Part shown: piece after piece, positions 57,541 to 64,000 of the stretch | Position numbering within the stretch: the stretch's first letter is position 1 | Layout: the number at the start of each line of letters is the position of its first letter | NCBI GenBank assembly: GCA_037481835.1 | Contig: JBBFKW010000011.1 | Span: 64,001-128,000 of the forward strand | Direction: 5' to 3' | Source of the DNA: Desulfosoma sp. | GTDB taxonomy: Bacteria > Desulfobacterota > Syntrophobacteria > Syntrophobacterales > DSM-9756 | Length of the DNA stretch: 64,000 bases | The notes under the pieces: model-generated | What the model saw: the letters and a program-made list of their open reading frames with translations, nothing else | What the model was told of the DNA's origin: nothing | Database searches by the model: none | Position numbers and translations under genes: made by a program

Positions 57541-58722
57541 ATGATCAGGAAATGCATGGCGATAGGGCTGTGGCTGTTGGTCCTTTCCGGCTGTGGCACG
57601 TCGGTGATGGAGCTCAAGACGCCCGTGGCCAGGGAATCTTCCGCGGGGGAATTCAAGCGCGTGGTGGTCCTGCCGTTTTCCGACTACACGCCCGAGGATT
57701 CCCTCTACGGCTACTGGAGGCGCAACGTCCTGATCAACGAAGCCCTGACCGATGAGCTCATCCGGTTCGGTTTTTCGTCGGTGATCTATGAAGATGTCAT
57801 CGCCTACCTCCTGGATCGGGGCATCATCCAGGACGCCACACCCGATGAAGGCAAGAGCGCGGCGACGGCCACTTTGGAAAAGGAACTGGCCAAGGACTGG
57901 TCTTCGGGGATGAAGGCGGAAATCCTCCGCGCCATCTACCAAAACGAGGCCAACAGGCGTGCGGCGGAGCCCTACTGGAACCGGGAACGTCTGATCTCCC
58001 TCGACAGCGACGCCGTGAGGGGACTGGGCGCCCGTTTCCGGGCGGACTACGTCCTTCGGGGTCGGGTCCTGGTGTTCCACTCGGGTCAGGAAGACAGCTT
58101 CAACCCGGTCCAGACGGGCCTTCTGCCTTTCTTCTTCAAGGTGGGATCCCGCACGGTTTTCGGGGTCGCCCAGAGTGACACCTACGAGATGATCGACAAA
58201 ATGGCCATCGGAGGCCTGGTCGGGGCCGCCTTGGCCAAGGACAATTGGCCTGTGGAAGACAATGACAAGAAGTTCGTCGGGGCGCCGCGCTTCGGCGGGG
58301 GCCTTGTCCATGAGGAAGACTATGCGAGCTTGAACACGGCCATTTGGGGGGCGGCGGGAGCCGGCATCGCCTTTCTGGCGCACAAGGGAGGCCGCGTGGA
58401 CAGCGCGTGGGTGCAGCTGCGGATGATCGCCCAAGATGCCCGCACGGGCCAGATCGTGTGGGTGAACCGCGCGGAAGTGAAGGTCATGCCCAAAACCGTC
58501 TTCGGGGAAAAAGACGTGGATGTCTTGACCAGCGAAGCGATCCAACACGCCGTGGGCCGGCTCGTGGATAACTTCGTGGCGAGCCTGACCGGCCGGGAAG
58601 TCGTCCGAAGCCGCGTGGACGGCACGTTTTATGTCACGCCCGCAGGCGGGATCCTCGCCCCGGACCGCACCCGGTACGGCACCATCCACGTGGGACCGCC
58701 CGTGGCACCCGCGGTGCAGTAA
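57541..58722 (+). CDS. Outer-membrane lipoprotein, CsgG/PelC/FlgO-like fold
   Basis: LSGC lipobox, KRVVVLPFSDYT, LGARFRADYVLRGRV and VQLRMIAQDARTGQIVW. Confidence 0.7.
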   Translation: MIRKCMAIGLWLLVLSGCGTSVMELKTPVARESSAGEFKRVVVLPFSDYTPEDSLYGYWRRNVLINEALTDELIRFGFSSVIYEDVIAYLLDRGIIQDATPDEGKSAATATLEKELAKDWSSGMKAEILRAIYQNEANRRAAEPYWNRERLISLDSDAVRGLGARFRADYVLRGRVLVFHSGQEDSFNPVQTGLLPFFFKVGSRTVFGVAQSDTYEMIDKMAIGGLVGAALAKDNWPVEDNDKKFVGAPRFGGGLVHEEDYASLNTAIWGAAGAGIAFLAHKGGRVDSAWVQLRMIAQDARTGQIVWVNRAEVKVMPKTVFGEKDVDVLTSEAIQHAVGRLVDNFVASLTGREVVRSRVDGTFYVTPAGGILAPDRTRYGTIHVGPPVAPAVQ

Positions 58723-58792
58723 AGAGGAGCCCATGGACTTTATCGGCGAGGAACGTCCGCAAAGGGTGAAGCTGCTCGGGACGTTCCCGCCC

Positions 58793-58822
58793 TTGACTTC
58801 CTAGCCCCTAGGGGGATATTAA
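58793..58822 (+). promoter_or_regulatory. Possible sigma70 promoter for the subtilase operon
   Basis: TTGACT followed 18 nt later by TATTAA in an AT-rich patch. Confidence 0.4.
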
Positions 58823-58847
58823 GAATTTATTCTGGCAAGCGGCTGGT

Positions 58848-58967
58848 CTTCCGTGCACCAAATCCTCTAGCGCTCCCATTCCCGTTGGGCTCTTTTTCAA
58901 GAAGATTTCTCCCGTTTTTTATCTCGTTCAGAGCGTAGGCTTCCGTGCACCGAACCCTCTAGCGCTC
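58848..58967 (+). repeat. 28-bp direct repeat pair (58848-58875, 58940-58967)
   Basis: CTTCCGTGCACC(A/G)AA(T/C)CCTCTAGCGCTC, with 2 mismatches and a 92-bp period. Confidence 0.85.
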
Positions 58968-59048
58968 TCGTTGTTGCTTCGCTGTATTTCTCGACGGTCC
59001 GTTCCCGTTCTCAGACTAATGCCTTTTACCGGTTCAAAGGAGTCTAGG

Positions 59049-60959
59049 GTGCGATCCGGAATACCTCAACCCCCATACGGAAGCCTCTGCGGGCTGATTT
59101 GCCTCGTGCTCCTTGCGGCCATCGTCTGGGCGGTTTCCATTGGCGCCGCATGCGCGCAGGAACCCCCGCCCTATGTTCCCGGCGAAATTCTCGTGAAGTT
59201 CAAGGACGGGACCTTCGCCCGGCAAGGGGATCGAAGAACCCGGGCCGCTTTGGAAGAGCGGCGCGTGTTACAGGCTTTGGGCCTGCGCGTGGATCGGCAT
59301 TGGCCGGAGCTGGGCATTCACCGTGGCAGATTGGAAGCCGGCGTGACGATGGAAGAAGCCTTGCAAAACCTCCGGTCCCGCCCCGATGTGGAATTCGCCG
59401 AACCCAACTACCTCCGCCATAAATTGGAGATTGTGCCCAACGACCCCTATTACGGCGAACAATGGGCCTTGGAAAAGATGGGCATGCCCCTGGCGTGGGA
59501 GGTGAGCACCGGAAGTGAGGGCATCCTCTTGGCCGTGGTGGACAGCGGCGTGGATTTCGGCCATGAAGATCTGGCTGGAAAGATTTGGAAAAATCCCGGC
59601 GAAGTGTGCGGAAACGGCTGGGATGACGACCACGACGGGTACGTGGACGACTGCTACGGCGTCAACGTCATCACGGGCCGGGGCGATCCCATGGACGACG
59701 ACGGCCACGGGACCCACCTTGCCGGGACCGCCGCCGCGGTGGGCTACAACGGCCGCGGCATGGCCGGCGTGGATTGGCACACGAAAATCCTTCCCATAAA
59801 ATTCTTAGGGGAAGGGGGCGGCAATGTGGCCGACTTCGTGGAAGCCGTCTCCTTCGCCAAGGCGCGGGGCGTTCGGGTCATGAACATGAGCTTCGGGGCT
59901 TATTCCTATTCCGAGGCGGAAAAACAGGCCATCGCCGGAGCTCCCAATATCCTTTTCGTGGCGGCGGCGGGCAACGAACGCTACGACAACGATTTCCATC
60001 CCCTTTATCCGGCAAGCTACGACCTTCCCAACCTCATCTCTGTCGCCTCCAGCAACAAGTCGGACAAACTTTCGGTTTTTTCGAACTACGGGGTCCAAAC
60101 GGTCCACGTGGCGGCTCCCGGCGAAAACATTCTGGGCACCCTTCCCGGAAACGACTACGACAACCTTACGGGAACGTCCATGTCCACGGCCCTCGTCAGC
60201 GGTCTGGCCGCACTGATCTTTTCAATGTATCCTTCAGCAACGCCGGCTGCCGTTAAAGGTCGTATTTTGCGTACAGCGGACCAAAACGACGCCCTTCAAG
60301 GCATCCTCTCGAAAGGACGGGTCAATGCCTACCGAGCGCTTGTCGAACCGGTCGCAGGACCCTACATCTTTCGACTGATCCCCGACAGTGGACCTGCGGG
60401 ATCTCAGGTCGTCATTCGGGGTTGTTCTTTCGGACGCTCTCCGGGGGCCGTTCGTTTCAGCGCCAATGTGCCGGCTGAAATTATCTCATGGGCTGACGAG
60501 GTCATTGTGGTCAAAGTCCCCGATGGGGCCATTCCTGGAGGTGTGGTTGTACACACAGCCGACGGGGCTGAAAGCAACGGGGCTTTCTTCACTGTGACGG
60601 CCAAGATTGCGGGAGGGCTGAGATTTGTCTTTCCTGAAATTCGGGCCAATCCGTCCCATGTACCCATCCTGGTTCTCAGCAACCCTTCAAAAGATCCGGC
60701 ACTAGTTCATCTCCGGGTCATCGAAGCCACTTCAAGGACAAAGACGTTGAAAGTTATCCACTTGGAAGGCTTGGAAAAGTGGATCGAAAACCTGAGCGGT
60801 TACGCGCCCCGCCCTGAGCAGTTGCTTATGGTTGACTGCCAGTCTGAAAGCCTCGTGGGAGCAGCGGTGGTGACATTCAGGGAGGACATGAGAAGTATTT
60901 ACGTCGCGCCTCTCATTAAGGCGCAGCCGACAGATTTTGAGGAGGTGAGTCCCCGGTGA
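59049..60959 (+). CDS. Subtilisin-like S8 serine protease with IPT/TIG domain and an extra C-terminal domain
   Basis: Catalytic triad AVVDSG, GHGTHLAG and GTSMS, oxyanion AAAGN, prodomain YVPGEILVKFK...FAEPNY, and IPT PDSGPAGSQVVIRG...F. AAGGAG RBS before GTG 59049. Confidence 0.93.
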   Translation: MRSGIPQPPYGSLCGLICLVLLAAIVWAVSIGAACAQEPPPYVPGEILVKFKDGTFARQGDRRTRAALEERRVLQALGLRVDRHWPELGIHRGRLEAGVTMEEALQNLRSRPDVEFAEPNYLRHKLEIVPNDPYYGEQWALEKMGMPLAWEVSTGSEGILLAVVDSGVDFGHEDLAGKIWKNPGEVCGNGWDDDHDGYVDDCYGVNVITGRGDPMDDDGHGTHLAGTAAAVGYNGRGMAGVDWHTKILPIKFLGEGGGNVADFVEAVSFAKARGVRVMNMSFGAYSYSEAEKQAIAGAPNILFVAAAGNERYDNDFHPLYPASYDLPNLISVASSNKSDKLSVFSNYGVQTVHVAAPGENILGTLPGNDYDNLTGTSMSTALVSGLAALIFSMYPSATPAAVKGRILRTADQNDALQGILSKGRVNAYRALVEPVAGPYIFRLIPDSGPAGSQVVIRGCSFGRSPGAVRFSANVPAEIISWADEVIVVKVPDGAIPGGVVVHTADGAESNGAFFTVTAKIAGGLRFVFPEIRANPSHVPILVLSNPSKDPALVHLRVIEATSRTKTLKVIHLEGLEKWIENLSGYAPRPEQLLMVDCQSESLVGAAVVTFREDMRSIYVAPLIKAQPTDFEEVSPR

Positions 60960-61429
60960 GACTGATCGGGTGGTTGGGCTTGGTGAGTTTTCTGCTGGTT
61001 TCGTGCGGCGGCCTGCGTTTCGGGGGGCTGTCGCCGGAACAATCCCTGCGTCAAAGGGCCGAAGCGTATTGGACCGCTCAGAAGAGTAAGAACTGGAAAG
61101 AGGTTCGCACCTACGTGGATCCTGAGATTGTCGGGACACTGGATAAATATTTCAAGAGAAGGGAAGAGTCCCAAAGTTATTCCACCATTGTTTCTGCAGA
61201 AATTAAGGATCTGGAGGTTCGAGGGGACACGGGGCGCACGGTCACGGACGTTTCCGCGCAGCTGACCCATCCCCTGTTGGGCGGTAAAGCCTATATGGTT
61301 AAACAGACCGTGGAGGAACGCTGGGTCCGGCGCGGGGGGGTCTGGTACGTGGTGATCGAATCCCCGAGCCTGGAGGATTTTCTGAAAAAGTTACATTCAA
61401 AACCCGGCGATCCAGCTTCGGGGGGCTGA
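60956..61429 (+). CDS. Small lipoprotein (possible NTF2-like fold)
   Basis: LVSC lipobox, LRQRAEAYW...WKEV..Y and E.WVRRGGVWY. The GTG start overlaps the protease stop. Confidence 0.75.
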   Translation: MRLIGWLGLVSFLLVSCGGLRFGGLSPEQSLRQRAEAYWTAQKSKNWKEVRTYVDPEIVGTLDKYFKRREESQSYSTIVSAEIKDLEVRGDTGRTVTDVSAQLTHPLLGGKAYMVKQTVEERWVRRGGVWYVVIESPSLEDFLKKLHSKPGDPASGG

Positions 61430-61523
61430 AGAAAGGAGGTGAGAAAGGCCTGAATGGAAGACAGATCCTTGGATAAACGGGGGAAAAGCTTTTGGTGAGG
61501 TTTTAGAAAACAAAGGAGAAAGA

Positions 61524-61967
61524 ATGATGAGGAAAGTGGCGAGTGTCCTTTTGGTTCTGGCGATGGTCCTTGCGGTCGGGATGGCTTATGCCGGAGATGC
61601 CAGAGTTCCTATGGAACTGCAAGCGCAATTCGAACAACAAACGGGCACCAAGGCCAGCTACTATCTTTGGTTCCCTGTCGTCGCTGAATATCCCAAAGAC
61701 CTTAATTGGACGAACTTTCTCATTCTGTCAAACTATACCGGTGGGAACATCGTAATTGGATGTTGGTACACCTCTTTCCAGAGGACTCAAACCCTTCAGA
61801 CGTACGAACTCGGGAAATTTGAGAAGCTGATTCTGCCCGTCGGGCAAACGGTGGGTTCCAACCAAGGCTACGACATCCTGTGCGGATCGGACAACTTCTT
61901 CGGTGGAGCCGTTCTCTTGTTTGAAGGGGGTTCTCTGGCCACCTCCATGCCGTGGGTTTACTTCTAA
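61524..61967 (+). CDS. Small secreted beta-rich protein (147 aa)
   Basis: AAAGGAG RBS, Sec signal ending AYA, and a downstream terminator. Confidence 0.85.
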   Translation: MMRKVASVLLVLAMVLAVGMAYAGDARVPMELQAQFEQQTGTKASYYLWFPVVAEYPKDLNWTNFLILSNYTGGNIVIGCWYTSFQRTQTLQTYELGKFEKLILPVGQTVGSNQGYDILCGSDNFFGGAVLLFEGGSLATSMPWVYF

Positions 61968-62019
61968 TCAACAAACAAAAGGTCTCGTGAAGCTGTCTTG
62001 AGGCAGGAGTGAGGGGAAT

Positions 62020-62061
62020 GGGTCCCGTGAGCCGGTTTAGATTCACGGGGCCCTTTATTTT
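62020..62061 (+). terminator. Rho-independent terminator
   Basis: GGGTCCCGTGA...TCACGGGGCCC stem followed by TTTATTTT. Confidence 0.75.
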
Positions 62062-62138
62062 CCTCGGCGGAAAAGGGCGCGGAATGGCCGTGAAAAACCT
62101 TTAGAACTCTTCCCTCGGCAATATTTCGATTTTAGGTA

Positions 62139-62681
62139 TTACGGTTTTTGAAAGAAAAAGATGTTGTTCAGGCCCAGCTGAAAGCGCGCATGGCGCTCCA
62201 GGGCAAAACCATGACGACGGAATATGGGGGGGATGCGGCGTATATCGAAACGGTGATGTTCTTCCGCAGATATCCCGTCGGCGAGGCGCAATCCGACAAG
62301 AACCTTGAGAATACCGTCCACGGCAGGGTGAGGCACTGTGGCGATGAGGCGACCGCCTTTGCGCAAGACCCGAAAAGCTTCTGCCGCGAGGGAATCCTTG
62401 TCGTCCACATGTTCCAGAACGGCCAGCATCGTGATGACATCCACGGACGCATCGGGCAGGGGGATTCGGGCACAGGCGCTGCCCCGTAGGAAATGGATTC
62501 GGCCTTCCGTGCGGTTCGGGCACAGGGGGTCCAGACAGAACCCGCTCTGGATGCGTTCTTGGAGAAAATAGAGAAACGAACCATCGTGGCCGCCGATGTC
62601 CAACAGCACGCACCGTCGGGGTATATGGGGCGCTACCACGCGATAGCGCCATATGCGGAGCAACCGGTCTAGGATTTTCAT
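62139..62681 (-). CDS. Class I SAM-dependent methyltransferase
   Basis: LLDIGG, DVITMLAVLEHV and RVLRKGGRLIATVP. Confidence 0.85.
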   Translation of the reverse strand: MKILDRLLRIWRYRVVAPHIPRRCVLLDIGGHDGSFLYFLQERIQSGFCLDPLCPNRTEGRIHFLRGSACARIPLPDASVDVITMLAVLEHVDDKDSLAAEAFRVLRKGGRLIATVPHPAVDGILKVLVGLRLADGISAEEHHRFDIRRIPPIFRRHGFALERHARFQLGLNNIFFFQKP

Positions 62682-62729
62682 CGGGTTTCTCGAATGGTCA
62701 TGACTCCGCTTCGTTCCTATCCGCTTTGG

Positions 62730-63890
62730 TCACCGCGCCTCGATGCGGAACACGGAAAGGAGAAAAGCTGAGAAAACGACCTGAATCCCGGCAGCCATAA
62801 AAAGGCCCGAGGGGACGACCAAGCGCATGACCTGTGACGGGTCCAAGGAGGAGAAGTGCGCGGACCTCCATACCATGAAAGAATAAAAGGCTCCAGCAAA
62901 ACCCAGCAAGAACAAAAGCCCACCCAAGGCGATTCCGTACTCGAGCCGTGCTCGAAAAACGGCGGAAATGGCTTCCGGCTTTACGGGCAGTATGCCCCGC
63001 CGATAGGCATATTCTGTAGAGACCAGGTAAAATAAAACGATTTGAAGTCCCAATAGGCACCCAAAAGCGGCATAGGTCATGGTATGGACATCAAGGACGA
63101 TCCGGCCGAATTGGAGCGGGCGAACAGCCACCGCAAGAAGCAGCAGTAGACTTACCACTGTCAAGAAAAGGCCGGGATAGAAGAAGAGCCACTTAGGACT
63201 GTAAACTAAAAGAAAACGCAGATGGCGCCACCCGTCTCGCCATGTCCGCAGGTGCGAAGGACGCCCCCTGCCGTCGCGGCTGAGCACGGTGGGCACCTCG
63301 GCCATGCGCATGCGTCGTAAAGAGGCCTTCACGATCATCTCGCTGGCGAATTCCATGCCGGTGGTTTTGAGATCCAACGCCTGAACTGCATCTTTGCGAA
63401 ATCCGCGAAGCCCGCAGTGGAAATCCCCAAGATTGGTTCGGAAGAAAAGATTTCCGAGGTAGCTGAGAACGGGATTCCCGAGATAGCGATGGATGAAGGG
63501 CATGGCCCCTGGTTTGATCCCGCCGAGGAATCGGTTTCCGATGACGAAGTCGTAGCCGCTTCGGAGCTTTTCGAGAAAAGGTTCCAGATTCAGAAAGTCG
63601 TAGGAATCGTCGCTGTCTCCCATGATGATGTAAGTGCCGCGCGCCGCGGCTATGCCTCCTAGGAGCGCACTGCCGTAACCCTTCTTCTCCACCGAAACGA
63701 CTCGAGCTCCTAAGGCTTGGGCGATCTGCACGGAATCGTCCGTGCTGCCGTTGTCTGCAACGACCACCTCGCCTCGAACTTTGTTTCGACTGAGAAAGCT
63801 CTGCGCCTTCTTGATGCACGTGCCCACGGTGCGAGACTCGTTGAGGCACGGCATGACAATGGAAAGTTCCACTTCTGAGGTGTCCTTCAC
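62730..63890 (-). CDS. GT2 polyprenol-phosphate glycosyltransferase (DPM synthase-like) with C-terminal TM helices
   Basis: SIVMPCLNE, VADNGSTD, GYGSAL, MGDSDDSYD, DFHCGLRGF, GMEFASEM and WRDGWRHL. Confidence 0.92.
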   Translation of the reverse strand: MKDTSEVELSIVMPCLNESRTVGTCIKKAQSFLSRNKVRGEVVVADNGSTDDSVQIAQALGARVVSVEKKGYGSALLGGIAAARGTYIIMGDSDDSYDFLNLEPFLEKLRSGYDFVIGNRFLGGIKPGAMPFIHRYLGNPVLSYLGNLFFRTNLGDFHCGLRGFRKDAVQALDLKTTGMEFASEMIVKASLRRMRMAEVPTVLSRDGRGRPSHLRTWRDGWRHLRFLLVYSPKWLFFYPGLFLTVVSLLLLLAVAVRPLQFGRIVLDVHTMTYAAFGCLLGLQIVLFYLVSTEYAYRRGILPVKPEAISAVFRARLEYGIALGGLLFLLGFAGAFYSFMVWRSAHFSSLDPSQVMRLVVPSGLFMAAGIQVVFSAFLLSVFRIEAR

Positions 63891-64000
63891 GAAAAGGCTC
63901 CTATGACAATCTCATCGACGCGGACTCCATTACCACCTGCCCCCTTCGGAGCTTCGTTCCCGCTCAAGGTCGGCGAGGGTGCGCTGGGTGCGTTCCCTCA

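Noticed and set aside
58848..58967. Mini-CRISPR from the 28-bp direct repeats
   Set aside because: There are only two imperfect copies with a 64-bp gap, and no cas genes.

Overview
GC-rich bacterial chromosomal window. The gene content (AOR/ADH, CheD-HDOD, a cbiL-linked ABC transporter, a sigma54-driven ZraP-like gene) suggests an anaerobic deltaproteobacterium such as a Syntrophobacterales/Desulfobacterota sulfate reducer; this is inference. The first ~38 kb is mostly housekeeping and metabolism: pgi (partial), purB, ktrAB/trkAH, sfsA-eno-coaE-sdhAB, an AOR-ADH pair, and a cobalamin-riboswitch operon (cbiC-cbiL-btuCDF-like). It also holds a cNMP-domain PhcB-like methyltransferase paired with a PhcS-like hybrid kinase, a candidate fatty-acid-methyl-ester quorum-sensing module. 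The last ~26 kb is a surface/secretion locus. It comprises an ExeA-like ATPase, glycosyl/methyltransferases and a type II secretion operon (gspE-F-H-I-J-K-L-M-D, with no gspG/C/O in the window). The operon is followed by a BACON-like repeat protein, a CsgG/PelC-fold-like lipoprotein, a subtilase, a small lipoprotein and a small secreted protein. By manual alignment, the mature domain of that small protein is homologous to the C-terminal domain of the subtilase, suggesting an undescribed protease-matured surface polymer/fibre system. GTAG-type REP-like palindromes occur in four clusters, one as a 143-bp tandem array inside the T2SS operon. No rRNA, tRNA, transposase or CRISPR array was recognised. 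All calls come from reading motifs by eye; no database search was run.
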